From an uncultured delta proteobacterium (lineage in GTDB: Bacteria; Desulfobacterota; Desulfobacteria; Desulfobacterales; JAHEIW01), in assembly GCA_963706575.1 (NCBI GenBank), contig CAVPNL010000004.1, positions 416,001-480,000 on the forward strand: a stretch of DNA of 64,000 nt. The letters are read 5' to 3'. Below, in pieces: positions 29,068 to 39,182 of this stretch. The notes beneath the pieces are model-generated. The model was not told the DNA's origin. It did no database searches and worked only from the letters and a program-made list of their open reading frames with translations. The stretch's first letter is position 1. Each line of letters starts with the position of its first letter. Both the position numbers and the translations under genes were made by a program.

Positions 29068-30087
29068 TTAGAGCCATTTAACTGAATTTGGGGAGTAACG
29101 AAGTGTTACTTTTTGGCCGGGATAGAGGTTTTCCTGCTGGATCTGTTGTTGCGGCAATTTTGAAGTAAACGGCAGGTTGCCAATCAGAATGGTCACCACA
29201 ATTTCGGCGTTGGTTTTCTCCAGTGCCAGGCGCGAAACCATACCTTGCAAAATGTTTGCGTCAGCATCGGCTGAGTTCGTATCGGATGCACCGGCGATGG
29301 AAGTGGGTTCGACAATGGCCACCGCATCAGGTTCCGGTGGTTCAGATACACGGATGTGCTGGCCGTCCGGTAATTTTTTTTCCCAAAGATCGTCTTTATA
29401 AGGGCGCCAGGGGCCGAAAAGGATATTTTCTTTAGCGCTTCCAAATAAGCGACCTTTAAATAGATGCAGAACCTGGTCACATACATCATAAAGCCAGCCG
29501 CGGTCATGGCTGGCAATAATTAAGGTGGTGTTCCATTCCCGGCGCGCCATTAAAGCGGCTTCTTTGATCTGCTGGGCGCTGGCGGCGTCCACATTGGCGG
29601 TGGGTTCGTCCAACAGCAAAATTTCCGGCTTCAATACCAATCGGGCCGCCAGCGCCACCCGCTGGGTTTCTCCCCCTGAAAGCTGATGGGCGGGCGCATG
29701 AACAAAATCTCCCATGCCCACCATATCAAGACCTTTAAAAATTCGGCGCTTTCGTTCTTCTTTTTCAATGCCTCTGATTTTCAGGCCGAATTCCAGGTTT
29801 TTAAATACGGTCGTTGTAAAAAGAAGCGGCAGTTGATCAACCAGAACCACTTCTTTTCGCACACGCTGAAGATAAGTCTCAGAATACTGCACCGGTTTGG
29901 ATTTATAAAGAACACTTCCCGAATTCGGATACTCCAAAAGTGCCAGAATATTCAAAAGGGTGGTCTTGCCGGCACCGTTGGGTCCCTGAAGTCCGTATAT
30001 TGCGCCTTTTTTAAAACCTAATTCGGGAATATCCAGTATCGTCCGGTCACCGTATCTTTTGGTGAGATCTGAAATATTAAATATCAT
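29068..30087 (-). CDS. tupC: Tungstate ABC transporter ATP-binding protein
   Basis: GPNGAGKT, LSGGETQR, LLDEPTANVD; in an operon with tupAB. Confidence 0.85.
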   Translation of the reverse strand: MIFNISDLTKRYGDRTILDIPELGFKKGAIYGLQGPNGAGKTTLLNILALLEYPNSGSVLYKSKPVQYSETYLQRVRKEVVLVDQLPLLFTTTVFKNLEFGLKIRGIEKEERKRRIFKGLDMVGMGDFVHAPAHQLSGGETQRVALAARLVLKPEILLLDEPTANVDAASAQQIKEAALMARREWNTTLIIASHDRGWLYDVCDQVLHLFKGRLFGSAKENILFGPWRPYKDDLWEKKLPDGQHIRVSEPPEPDAVAIVEPTSIAGASDTNSADADANILQGMVSRLALEKTNAEIVVTILIGNLPFTSKLPQQQIQQENLYPGQKVTLRYSPNSVKWL

Positions 30088-30782
30088 CAGGACCGGACCC
30101 TTCCCTGAAACAAATGAAACAAGAGGTTCATCCCGAAGCTCAGACCTAAAAGCACGATGCCCAGGGCTACTGCCAGAGTAAAGGCCCCTTTGTCATATTC
30201 CAGGGCCATAGCGGTTGTCATCGTGCGAGTAAAGCCCCGGATGTTTCCACCCAGCATCATACTGATACCCACTTCGGAAATTACGCGACCGTAAGCGGCA
30301 ATCACAGCAGCCACAATGCCATAACGTGCTTCCCTGAATATCACAAAGGCGGTCTGCAGGCGATTGGCACCCAGGGTCATGGCTGTTTTGCGATAGCGCT
30401 GGTCAATCCTGCTGATGGCTGCAATGGTAAAAGCAGCAACCACCGGTATGATGAGTAACGTCTGGCCGATAATAATTGCCTTTTGCGTATACAGCAGATC
30501 GAAAAAGCCCAGTACGCCACGGCGGGAAATAAAGGCATAAACAAAAAGCCCAATCACCACGGTTGGAACCGCCAGCAGGGTATTCAGGCAGGTAATCACA
30601 AAGCGCTTTCCCTGAAATGATTCGAATGCCACCAGGAATCCGATCGGAATCCCCAGAAGACTTGCAAAGAAAGTTGAATAGCAGCTGACCTTTAAAGAGA
30701 CGGCAACAATGTCAACCATCTCCCTGTCCAGGGAAATGACCAAAGCGATGGCAGAAATAAAGCTGTCAATCAGAAGGTCCAT
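30087..30782 (-). CDS. tupB: Tungstate ABC transporter permease
   Basis: PTVVIGL, GRVISEVG and MLGGNIRGFTRTMTTA motifs. Confidence 0.92.
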   Translation of the reverse strand: MDLLIDSFISAIALVISLDREMVDIVAVSLKVSCYSTFFASLLGIPIGFLVAFESFQGKRFVITCLNTLLAVPTVVIGLFVYAFISRRGVLGFFDLLYTQKAIIIGQTLLIIPVVAAFTIAAISRIDQRYRKTAMTLGANRLQTAFVIFREARYGIVAAVIAAYGRVISEVGISMMLGGNIRGFTRTMTTAMALEYDKGAFTLAVALGIVLLGLSFGMNLLFHLFQGRVRS

Positions 30783-30878
30783 GGTGTTTCCACGATGCGC
30801 TAAAATGCGCTACGCTGCCACAATTGAGGATCTGCCGCGGCGGATCGTTCTTAAATTTAGTAACAGGCAGGGCTTTTA

Positions 30879-31010
30879 GGAGCGCTTCGCTATAGGTTTG
30901 AGGTAAAAACTTGAATTTGGCAATGATCAAAATTGAGTTTCATCAACCTCCAGCCTCAAGCCTCTAACCTCCAACTTATTAACCGGTTAAACTGGCTCAA
31001 CGGGCTCAAC
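30879..31010. repeat. Composite heptamer/nonamer array between tupA and tupB
   Basis: GGAGCGCTTCGCTATAGGTTTGAGGT ... CAACCTC CAGCCTC AAGCCTC TAACCTC, then AACCGGTTA AACTGGCTC AACGGGCTC AAC abutting the tupA stop. Confidence 0.65.
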
Positions 31011-31907
31011 CTACTTGACCGCATCCGGATAAAACAGTTGTTTTCCCAAAAGCCGGTAATTATCGATCACCGCTTGCCCTTTTCCAGAAACCAGCCATTG
31101 GGCAAAGGTCTTGGATAAATCATATTTGACATGCGGGTGTTTTTTCGGATTGATCGGGATCACCCCGTAAGGATTGGCAAGGGCCGGATCGCCCTCGCAC
31201 AGAACGACCAGGTCAATGGGCACGTCCCGACCGAATTTATATTTGATGTAGGTGCCTCTGTCCGCCAGGATATAGGCCTGTTTTTCATCGGCAAAGGTCA
31301 GTGCCTTGCCCATTCCCTGCCCGATGGAAAGGTACCATTGGCCCAATCCCTGAGGATTGATAAAGCTGATTTCAACTTTCTTGCCCTTTTTCACGATGGT
31401 TTGCACATTTTTTTCCAGCGGCAGGCCGGTGGATTCCCACAGCGCCTGCTCTTTGGTATGGGTGCCACTGTCATCCCCGCGAGAAACGAATGCTGCCTTT
31501 GCAGCTGCAATTTTTTTAAGGGCTTCGGCGGCGTTGGTGATTCCCTTTATTGCGGCCGGGTCTTTTTGGGGGCCTAAAACGACAAAATCATTATGCATGA
31601 CCGCATAGCGCTGGGTTCCATAACCTTCCTGGACAAACTTCTCTTCGCGGGCTTTGGCATGCACAAATATGACATCCACATTGCCGTCCATACCGTCCCT
31701 AATGGCCGCTCCGGTGCCTTTGGCAATGACTTTCACCTTAACCCCGGTATCTTTTTCCAGCTCCGGCAACAACACATCCAACAATCCGGATGCCTGGGTG
31801 CTGGTCGTTGTGGACATCTTGATAATTTTTTCCCCCGCACTTGCCAACCCAGCAAAAAATACAGACGTCATAATTATTAATAAAATCAGAATGCTATTCC
31901 ATCTCAT
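31011..31907 (-). CDS. tupA: Tungstate ABC transporter substrate-binding protein
   Basis: STTTS...SGLL, GTGAAI, SRGDDSGTH and DRGTY TupA motifs; signal peptide from ATG 31907. Confidence 0.93.
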   Translation of the reverse strand: MRWNSILILLIIMTSVFFAGLASAGEKIIKMSTTTSTQASGLLDVLLPELEKDTGVKVKVIAKGTGAAIRDGMDGNVDVIFVHAKAREEKFVQEGYGTQRYAVMHNDFVVLGPQKDPAAIKGITNAAEALKKIAAAKAAFVSRGDDSGTHTKEQALWESTGLPLEKNVQTIVKKGKKVEISFINPQGLGQWYLSIGQGMGKALTFADEKQAYILADRGTYIKYKFGRDVPIDLVVLCEGDPALANPYGVIPINPKKHPHVKYDLSKTFAQWLVSGKGQAVIDNYRLLGKQLFYPDAVK

Positions 31908-31975
31908 CGTGGTGTCTCCCTTCAGCGTTTGCCTAAAATTTTCATGTCCTCTACACCTGATCAACACTCTATGCG

Positions 31976-32893
31976 CTATGCCTCTTTGCTACCCGGATAA
32001 ATCATTTTCCCGGAAAGGCTGAGATCATAGCCTGAAAATTTTTCGCCCAGCTGTTTAAAGTCCTTTTCATGTAAAAGGCTTAAAAATCGCTGAATCCCTT
32101 CATCAAAAAAACGATCCTTTAACACCATCAAATCGAATCGCTCCCAGCGAATTGGGATGAACCCGATATTCAATAATCCCGCAACCGCGCCGATACCGGG
32201 ACCGGCGTCTGCCCTCCCCGCTACAATCTCCAGCCCCACATCCAGATGCCGGTGGACCTCATCGCCATAGCCGTCAATTTTTTCTCCCTCGATGCCGGCC
32301 TTTTTGAATTCCCGATCCAGCAACAGGCGTGTCCCGGTACCGAGCGGCCGGTTAACAATTCGGAGGCCGGGTTGGGCCAGATCAGCGACCCCGGAAATTT
32401 TTTTGGGATTGCCCTCCGCCACCAGAATGCCCTGCTCACGACGGCAAAAATTGACAACGGCCGGAATTAGGTTCAGTTCCTGAAAAGCATAATCAAAATT
32501 ATACTCCTCTTCGTCTTCCTGCAGTAGATGGCTTGAAGCAATATGGCAAAGGTTTTGCCGCAAAGCCCGCAAGCCCCCCATGCTGCCCAGATTTCCGAAA
32601 ACGGCCAGGGGCACTTGAATTTGGCTGTTATAAAGTGTAATCGAGCGGTCCAGCAATGGATCGTTGCTGCCGGCCAGGATGAGTACTCCCTGCTGGAGGG
32701 GCTGCAGGCTGCCAGTGTCCGGGTAGTTGATGGTCTGGGTTTCAACCCACTGTTCCACCAGATGTCTCGGGAAAAGCCATTTTCCCGTTACTTTGGAAGC
32801 CGGCAGACCTTTTTCGGCAACCAGGGTGTAAACCATCTTTTCATTGACATTGAGCAACCGCGCAACTTCTTTGGTGCTAAGGAGGGGATTCAT
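31976..32893 (-). CDS. Transcriptional regulator: excisionase-like HTH plus PBP-like oxyanion-binding domain (TaoR-like)
   Basis: LSTKEVARLL...GLPASKVTGKWLFP HTH; AGSND, GSMGGL, NRPLGTGTR PBP-like domain; directly upstream of tupA. Confidence 0.85.
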   Translation of the reverse strand: MNPLLSTKEVARLLNVNEKMVYTLVAEKGLPASKVTGKWLFPRHLVEQWVETQTINYPDTGSLQPLQQGVLILAGSNDPLLDRSITLYNSQIQVPLAVFGNLGSMGGLRALRQNLCHIASSHLLQEDEEEYNFDYAFQELNLIPAVVNFCRREQGILVAEGNPKKISGVADLAQPGLRIVNRPLGTGTRLLLDREFKKAGIEGEKIDGYGDEVHRHLDVGLEIVAGRADAGPGIGAVAGLLNIGFIPIRWERFDLMVLKDRFFDEGIQRFLSLLHEKDFKQLGEKFSGYDLSLSGKMIYPGSKEA

Positions 32894-32949
32894 TGGATTC
32901 TCCTCGCGTTCTGCAAAAGTTTAATAACAAACTCCCAATTGAAAGTGTC

Positions 32950-33033
32950 TTCTTATATTTTTTAGTAACTTTTAGTCAATAAAAAACTGAGTTGGTGAAA
33001 ATTATTAGGTTAAAATAACTTATTATTACTAAA
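32950..33033 (-). promoter_or_regulatory. Candidate promoter/operator of the regulator-tupABC operon
   Basis: Minus strand TTGACT...TATAAG overlaps TTTTAGT(A/C)A direct repeats with 10-bp period; an inverted copy TTACTAAA lies at 33026. Confidence 0.4.
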
Positions 33034-33205
33034 TATAACATCAAAACACTGAAAATGGGTGTAAAAAATTCAGCTCGATTGTTTAAAGCCCATCAAAAAT
33101 AGGGAATATTTTGATGGTTGAATAACAGGTGCGAACGGTATAACGATACAAAAGCATCAAAATCAGCGTAGAGCATACATTTTCTACCCGAATTGGAGGA
33201 TCGCA

Positions 33206-33922
33206 ATGAAAACCATTGGGATGATCGGCGGTATGAGCTGGGAGTCTTCGATTGAGTATTACCGGATCATCAATGAAACCGTTCGAAATGAGCTGGGTGG
33301 GCTGCATTCCGCCAAAAGCATAATGGTTTCGGTGGAGTTTGCCGAAATTGAAGCGCTGCAGCATCAGGATCGCTGGGATGAGGCCGCCGAAATTTTGATC
33401 GATGCGACCCGCAGCCTTGAAAGCGGCGGCGCTGATTTTGCCATCATTTGTACAAACACCATGCATAAATTGTATGATATAATACAACAAAATGTCCGGA
33501 TCCCGCTGCTGCACATCGCGGATGCTACGGCTGAAAGGATCAAAGCCCAGGGGATTCAAAAAATAGCCCTATTGGGAACGCGCTTCACTATGGAAGAAAA
33601 TTTCTATAAAGGCAGACTGGTGGACAACTATGGACTGGAGGTCATCATACCGGGTGCAGAAGACATGGAAATCGTGCACCGTATTATTTATAACGAGCTT
33701 TGCGCCGGGATTATCCAACCGGACTCAAAACAAAAATATGCGGATATCATTCAACGCCTGGTTAAAGAAGGCGCAGAAGGCATAATCTTGGGGTGCACAG
33801 AGATCGGGTTGCTCGTCAAACAGGATGACAGCCCTGTTCCACTGTTTGATACCACTGAAATTCATGCGACGGCTGCCGTAAAATATGCCCTGGCGGATGA
33901 AATGAGTCCGCCCGGCCAATAA
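33206..33922 (+). CDS. Aspartate/glutamate racemase family protein (YgeA/RacX-like)
   Basis: IGMIGGMSWES, CTNTMH and ILGCTEI motifs. Confidence 0.93.
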   Translation: MKTIGMIGGMSWESSIEYYRIINETVRNELGGLHSAKSIMVSVEFAEIEALQHQDRWDEAAEILIDATRSLESGGADFAIICTNTMHKLYDIIQQNVRIPLLHIADATAERIKAQGIQKIALLGTRFTMEENFYKGRLVDNYGLEVIIPGAEDMEIVHRIIYNELCAGIIQPDSKQKYADIIQRLVKEGAEGIILGCTEIGLLVKQDDSPVPLFDTTEIHATAAVKYALADEMSPPGQ

Positions 33923-33939
33923 AAAAAAGCAATGGATAC

Positions 33940-34093
33940 TCGAGGGGTCGGGGAGCTTTACCGTCATTCCCGCGCCAGGCTGGCATCCAGTCCTTGTCCC
34001 CGCGCAGGCGGGGATCCAAACAGCAAAACATTTCTGGATTCCCGCCTGCGCGGGAATGACAAGCTGGGAATGGAAAAACGCCCCGATCCCTCA
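33940..34093. repeat. REP-like GTCATTCCCGCG/CGGGAATGAC cluster inside an outer inverted repeat
   Basis: Three CCCGCGCAGGCGGG-type units at 33963-34060; outer arms TCGAGGGGTCGGG / CCCGATCCCTCAA. Confidence 0.8.
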
Positions 34094-34744
34094 ATGAATA
34101 CTTCGAGTTTTGGTTGTCTTGAGCGGCCAGGGACACAGTTTGTCCAGAGGGCAGGTCGGACATTTTGGTTTGCGGGCCATGCATGTCTCCCTGCCGAAAA
34201 AAATCAGCTGAAGACTAAAATCATTCCAGGCCCGTTTGGGGAGAATTTTCATCAAATCGAACTCGATTTTCACCGGGTCCTTGTTCTCGGTCAGCCCCAG
34301 CCTCCCGGATATACGGGCCACATGGGTATCCACCACCACGCCGGAAATACCGAAGGCGGCTCCCAGAACCACATTGGCGGTCTTACGCCCCACCCCGGGC
34401 AGTTTCACCAACTCCTCCAGGGTCTGCGGCACCTGTCCGCGGTGCAGATCTAAAAGCGCTCTTGAACAATTTTTAATGTTTTTGGCTTTGTTGTGAAAGA
34501 AGCCGGTGGGACGAATCAGCTTTTCAATGGATTTAATAGGCGCAGCGGCAAAATCAGCAGGCGTTTTAAGGCGTTTAAAAAGCACCGGCGTAACCTGATT
34601 CACCTGTTTATCAGTGCATTGGGCCGACAGAATGGTGGCAACCAGAAGTTGAAAGGGATTCCGATGAAACAGCTGGGTTTTGACTTCCGGATAAATCTTT
34701 CGCAGAATCTTACGAATTTTATCAGCACGCGGTTTTAGCTGCAT
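34091..34744 (-). CDS. nth: Endonuclease III
   Basis: LSAQCTD, HhH motif LPGVGRKTAN, VDTHV, C-x6-C-x2-C-x5-C Fe-S motif. Confidence 0.96.
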   Translation of the reverse strand: MQLKPRADKIRKILRKIYPEVKTQLFHRNPFQLLVATILSAQCTDKQVNQVTPVLFKRLKTPADFAAAPIKSIEKLIRPTGFFHNKAKNIKNCSRALLDLHRGQVPQTLEELVKLPGVGRKTANVVLGAAFGISGVVVDTHVARISGRLGLTENKDPVKIEFDLMKILPKRAWNDFSLQLIFFGRETCMARKPKCPTCPLDKLCPWPLKTTKTRSIH

Positions 34745-34750
34745 ACAAAA

Positions 34751-34908
34751 GTCCGTGGTCAGTTGTCCGTCGTCAGTTGCAAAAATTCCTTTTCTATCCT
34801 ATTTTAGAGGAGGTGCTTAACGGATCTATTTAGGCGTAGGATATAAGTCGGTTTTAAGGGCACAGTCAAGTCTGAATAATATTCGACCGGCAACTGGCCA
34901 CAGATAAC
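34751..34908. repeat. Inverted heptamer arms around a divergent promoter region
   Basis: GTCCGTG GTCAGTT GTCCGTC GTCAGTTGC faces GCAACTGGCCACAGATAAC. Confidence 0.6.
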
Positions 34909-34969
34909 CAACCACCAACAGAAACTTAATGATAAACGGCTCAAAAATCTCTACTACCGACGAACCTCT

Positions 34970-35965
34970 ATGAATCCGAACGAAAGAAAAGTACGTGCCT
35001 TAGGCTTGTGTTCCGGAGGTCTGGACAGCACGCTGGCCGGCCTGGTGTTACGCGATCAGGGAATCGATGTCGAATGGATCACATTTGAGACGCCGTTCTT
35101 TGCGGCGGCCAAAGCCCGTAAGGCTTCTGAAAATACGGGCATCCCCTTAACCGTTAAACCCATTTATCCCGTTTACATCAACATGTTGAAGAATCCGCCG
35201 GCCGGATACGGCAAACAAATGAACCCCTGTATGGATTGTCACGCCCTCATGTTCAAACTGGCCGGCGAGGTGATGAAGGAAAAAAATTTTGATTTTCTGT
35301 TTAGCGGTGAAGTCCTGGGACAGCGGCCGATGTCGCAGACCAAATCATCCCTGATGTATGTCGAAAAACATTCGGGCTTTAAAGGGTATATTCTGCGGCC
35401 GTTAAGCGCCAAAAAGCTTCCGGAAACCATTCCGGAAAAGGAAGGCCTGGTCGACCGCGAACGTCTGCTGGACTTTGCGGGCCGGGGCCGCAAACCTCAA
35501 ATCGCGCTGGCCAGGAAATTCGACCTCACCGATTATCCCGCTCCGGCCGGTGGCTGCCTGCTGACCGACGTCGCATATTCCAAGCGACTGAAAGATCTGT
35601 TTGCCCATCAGGATGAGTGCACGGAGGAAGAGTTGCACCTTTTAAAATACGGTCGCCATTTTCGCTTGAATCCGCAAACGAAACTGATTGTCGGACGCAC
35701 TCAGAAAGATAATGAAAACATATTGAAATATCACAATTCGCAAACCGATACGGTGATCGACGTCAAAGATTACTCCAGCCCCATTGGGCTGGTCCCCCGT
35801 GGCGGTCCCAAAGATGTGACTTATCTGGCAAGTTCCATCTGCGTCGGTTACAGCAAGGCCTCCAACCTGACCCCCATCGATGTCGTCATCAAAACACCTC
35901 AAAGCCGGGAAACCATCCAGGTCATTGGTATTCCCACCGATGATTTTAAAAAATTATTAATTTAG
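34970..35965 (+). CDS. PP-loop tRNA thiolation enzyme-like protein (ThiI/MnmA-like)
   Basis: SGGLDS PP-loop, NPCMDCH, GEVLGQRPMSQ, PAPAGGCLLTD, GRHFRL. Confidence 0.82.
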   Translation: MNPNERKVRALGLCSGGLDSTLAGLVLRDQGIDVEWITFETPFFAAAKARKASENTGIPLTVKPIYPVYINMLKNPPAGYGKQMNPCMDCHALMFKLAGEVMKEKNFDFLFSGEVLGQRPMSQTKSSLMYVEKHSGFKGYILRPLSAKKLPETIPEKEGLVDRERLLDFAGRGRKPQIALARKFDLTDYPAPAGGCLLTDVAYSKRLKDLFAHQDECTEEELHLLKYGRHFRLNPQTKLIVGRTQKDNENILKYHNSQTDTVIDVKDYSSPIGLVPRGGPKDVTYLASSICVGYSKASNLTPIDVVIKTPQSRETIQVIGIPTDDFKKLLI

Positions 35966-36011
35966 GTATTGGGTATTAGGTATTGGGTATTGGGTATTGG
36001 GTATTGGGTAC
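35963..36011. repeat. Heptamer array T(A/G)GGTAT x7 (left arm of cassette)
   Basis: Seven consecutive units, the first containing the upstream TAG stop codon. Confidence 0.95.
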
Positions 36012-36034
36012 AAAGAACAAATCGATACCACCAA

Positions 36035-36412
36035 TTAGGTTTTTATTTCTTTTTGATGGGCCTTTTTAATCGATCCTATATATGCATTAAGCCTTTTAGG
36101 TAATATTTCAATTATTTCGTTAATTTCCTCGATCTTATTTTTTATTAAATTCCTCCGAATAGCTTTGAAAAACCAACTCCTGCACTCAAATAAAGAACCT
36201 CTGGCATAATAGCAAAATCTCAAACGATCATTATAATGATAACGTCCATGACCTTCAGCAATGTTAGCAGAAATGGAATCAGCCGCGCGGACCAGTTGCT
36301 TTCCAACAGTGTCTCTTGCGGAGTAATCCAGCCTGATGCATAATTCCCATATCTTGTCAGATAAATCTTCAGCCATTTGATAAATTTCAAGATCTTCAAC
36401 TTTTAATACCAT
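36035..36412 (-). CDS. Four-helix bundle protein (23S rRNA intervening-sequence protein family)
   Basis: EDLEIYQ, QLVRAADSISANIAEG, ARGSLFE motifs; RBS GAGGAGG; visibly AT-rich. Confidence 0.92.
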   Translation of the reverse strand: MVLKVEDLEIYQMAEDLSDKIWELCIRLDYSARDTVGKQLVRAADSISANIAEGHGRYHYNDRLRFCYYARGSLFECRSWFFKAIRRNLIKNKIEEINEIIEILPKRLNAYIGSIKKAHQKEIKT

Positions 36413-36482
36413 TTCAATCCTCCTCGTAACTCTGCTTCAAACCAAAAAGTGTTTAGTACTATCATTTGCCAACTCATTACCA

Positions 36483-36510
36483 ACAACTAATACCTAATAC
36501 CCAATACCAT
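36483..36510. repeat. Heptamer array ATACC(T/C)A (right arm of cassette)
   Basis: ACAACTA ATACCTA ATACCCA ATACCAT, reverse complement of the left-arm unit; overlaps the rlmN 3' end. Confidence 0.8.
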
Positions 36511-37543
36511 ATTTACCCGCCAGCTGCCCGCAAGCTGCCGAAATGTCCTGTCCCTTGCTCTGGCGAATCATGACCGTATAGTTCTTATCGATCAAAATCT
36601 TCTGAAATCGGAGAATGCGATCTTCGCTCGGTCGTTGATATTGACAACCTTTATGAGGATTGAAAGGGATGAGATTTATTTTGGCTTTCACGGGCCGCAG
36701 GAGTTTGGCCAGGCGATTGGCATCTTCGAACGAATCGTTGACATCTTTTAACAGGACATATTCGAAGGTAATCCGTCGCCCACCGGAAAGCGGAAATTGC
36801 TGACAGGCTCTCAGTAATTTTTCGATGGGAAACTTCCGGTTGATGGGCATCAGGCGGTTGCGGGTGGCGTTATCGGTGGCATTGAGCGAAACGGCCAGAT
36901 TTGCCCGCGTATCGCGTCCCAGGTCGGCCAGACGGGTTACCAGGCCGGCTGTTGATACGGTTACCCGTCTCCCGGCAAAGCCAAGCCCAAGACTGCTGTC
37001 GGTGATCACCGCAATGGCTTCCACCAGGTTTTTATAATTGGCCAGGGGCTCGCCCATTCCCATAAACACCAGATTGCTCAACGGCATCGAATCTTGCAAA
37101 TCATTTTTAACGTCCCTTACCTGGGAAACAATTTCCGCCTTGGTTAAATTGCGCTGAAATCCGCAACTGGCGGTTAAACAAAACCGGCAGTTCTGCGCGC
37201 AGCCTACCTGGCTGGAAATACAGAGGGTGTAATGATCGCGCTCGGGAATAAGAACACTTTCAATGTATTTTTCATCTTCCAATTTAAACAGATATTTACG
37301 CGATCCGTCTTTTGAGGTTTCAATATTTTCAATTTGCAGGCGGCTGATTGTAAAATGATCATCCAAAAGCGGACGGATATCTTTGGCGATATCGGTCATG
37401 CGGTCAAATCGATCTGTCTGACGCAAATAGATCCATTTAAGAATTTGATCGGCACGATACGGCTCGATTCGCTGGCCGTTCAGCCAGGCAATCAATTCTT
37501 TACGATCTAGTTCGAGGATGTTCTGCTTTTTAGTATTCTGCAT
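36494..37543 (-). CDS. rlmN: Dual-specificity RNA methyltransferase RlmN
   Basis: CISSQVGCAQNCRFC radical SAM motif, FMGMGEP, AACGQL. Confidence 0.96.
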   Translation of the reverse strand: MQNTKKQNILELDRKELIAWLNGQRIEPYRADQILKWIYLRQTDRFDRMTDIAKDIRPLLDDHFTISRLQIENIETSKDGSRKYLFKLEDEKYIESVLIPERDHYTLCISSQVGCAQNCRFCLTASCGFQRNLTKAEIVSQVRDVKNDLQDSMPLSNLVFMGMGEPLANYKNLVEAIAVITDSSLGLGFAGRRVTVSTAGLVTRLADLGRDTRANLAVSLNATDNATRNRLMPINRKFPIEKLLRACQQFPLSGGRRITFEYVLLKDVNDSFEDANRLAKLLRPVKAKINLIPFNPHKGCQYQRPSEDRILRFQKILIDKNYTVMIRQSKGQDISAACGQLAGKYGIGY

Positions 37544-37673
37544 ATTAATTAAATTCCCAGACCCTGTAATGAGCGGAAAAATGAATCCATGCGACATACC
37601 CGGGCAACCCATTCTTCAGGTCTTGCGATAGAGAATTAATTCAGAGGTCAGGAAGCTTCTTCATTCCAAATAT

Positions 37674-37744
37674 GTCATTCCCGCGAAAGCGGGAATCCAG
37701 AAACATTTTACTAAAAAACTGGATGCCCGCCTACGCGGGCATGA
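37674..37744. repeat. REP-like pair GTCATTCCCGCGAAAGCGGGAATCCAG / CTGGATGCCCGCCTACGCGGGCATGA
   Basis: Inverted pair of the same family as 33963 and 57294. Confidence 0.8.
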
Positions 37745-37777
37745 AGGAAAAGCTTCTCTGCTGTTCAATTAATTTCC

Positions 37778-37806
37778 TTGACATAGCATTTTTTAAATTA
37801 TATTTT
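37778..37806 (+). promoter_or_regulatory. Sigma70-type promoter for the ffh operon
   Basis: TTGACA-17 nt-TATTTT about 30 nt upstream of ffh. Confidence 0.55.
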
Positions 37807-37837
37807 CAAGAATTTATGAACTTAACCAGGTAAAAGC

Positions 37838-39169
37838 ATGCTGGACAGCCTAAGCGATAGACTTAACACCATATTCCGGAAGCTTAAAGGGCATGGCAAA
37901 TTAACGGAAAAAAATATCGAGGAAGGACTGAAAGAAGTTCGCATGGCCCTTCTCGAAGCCGATGTCCACTATCGTGTCGTTAAAAGCTTCATTGCCGACG
38001 TCAAAGAACGGGCGATGGGTCAGGAGGTCCTGGAAAGTCTGACACCCGGCCAGCAGGTCATTAAAATTGTCAATGAAGCCCTGACGAAATTAATGGGTGC
38101 CCGTCATGAGGAATTGAATCTGTCGGGGACAAGTCCGGTATCGGTGATGCTCGTCGGCCTTCAGGGCTCCGGTAAAACAACCACTGCAGGTAAGCTTTCT
38201 GCATTTTTAAGAAAAAAAGGCCGCAAACCGTATCTGGTTCCGGCGGATGTCTATCGCCCGGCGGCTATCGAACAGCTTCAAAAGCTGGGCAATCAGCTGG
38301 ATGTACCGGTTTTCCCGTCCCGTACGGACCAGGACCCGGTTCAAATCTGTCAGGAGGCTCAGACCGCCGCTCATCAACAAGGATGCGATACCCTGCTGCT
38401 GGATACCGCCGGTCGCCTGCATATCGATGAGGAACTGATGGCTGAGCTGGTCAATATTAAAACAGCCATCAAGCCGGCCGATATCCTGCTGGTGGCTGAC
38501 GCCATGACCGGCCAGGATGCGGTCAATATCGCCAAATCATTCAATGAGACCCTCGATCTGAGCGGTGTGGTTCTCACAAAAATGGATGGCGATGCCCGGG
38601 GCGGGGCGGCGCTTTCAATCAAATCCATAACCGGAAAACCGATCAAGTTTATCGGTGTGGGTGAAAAGCTCAGCGACCTGGAATCATTTCACCCGGATCG
38701 CATGGCTTCCAGTATTCTGGGCATGGGAGATGTTCTTACCCTGATAGAAAAGGCCCAGGATGTCGTTGATCAGAAACAAGCCGCCGCGCTCGAGAAAAAA
38801 CTTAGAAAAAGCCAGTTCACACTGGAGGACTTCCGTGACCAGATGGTTCAGGTCCGGAAGATGGGGTCCATTACCGATCTGATAAAAATGATCCCGGGCA
38901 TGGGGCAGATGAAACAGCTGAAAAACCTGCAGGTGGATGAAAAGGAGTTTGTTCGAATCGAGGCGATTATTAACTCCATGACACCTCAGGAAAGGCGGAA
39001 TCATTCCATAATTAACGGTAGCCGCCGCAAACGAATCGCCAGGGGAAGCGGAACCCGGGTTCAGGAGGTCAACAAACTTTTAAAAAATTATACCCAGGTT
39101 TTGAAAATGTTAAAAAAATTAAATCAAGGCGGCATGCGCGGCATGGGACGAGGGATGCTGCCGTTCTGA
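37838..39169 (+). CDS. ffh: Signal recognition particle protein
   Basis: [24 protein letters not shown] and M domain. Confidence 0.98.
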   Translation: MLDSLSDRLNTIFRKLKGHGKLTEKNIEEGLKEVRMALLEADVHYRVVKSFIADVKERAMGQEVLESLTPGQQVIKIVNEALTKLMGARHEELNLSGTSPVSVMLVGLQGSGKTTTAGKLSAFLRKKGRKPYLVPADVYRPAAIEQLQKLGNQLDVPVFPSRTDQDPVQICQEAQTAAHQQGCDTLLLDTAGRLHIDEELMAELVNIKTAIKPADILLVADAMTGQDAVNIAKSFNETLDLSGVVLTKMDGDARGGAALSIKSITGKPIKFIGVGEKLSDLESFHPDRMASSILGMGDVLTLIEKAQDVVDQKQAAALEKKLRKSQFTLEDFRDQMVQVRKMGSITDLIKMIPGMGQMKQLKNLQVDEKEFVRIEAIINSMTPQERRNHSIINGSRRKRIARGSGTRVQEVNKLLKNYTQVLKMLKKLNQGGMRGMGRGMLPF

Positions 39170-39182
39170 AGGAGAAATCATA

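Noticed and set aside
33816..34453. ORFs 33816..34184 and 33932..34453
   Set aside because: They read through REP palindromes and overlap the racemase or nth genes.
35963..36510. CRISPR array, diversity-generating retroelement or rRNA intervening sequence
   Set aside because: Repeats are 7 nt without unique spacers; no cas gene, reverse transcriptase, TR/VR pair or rRNA sequence is visible in the window.
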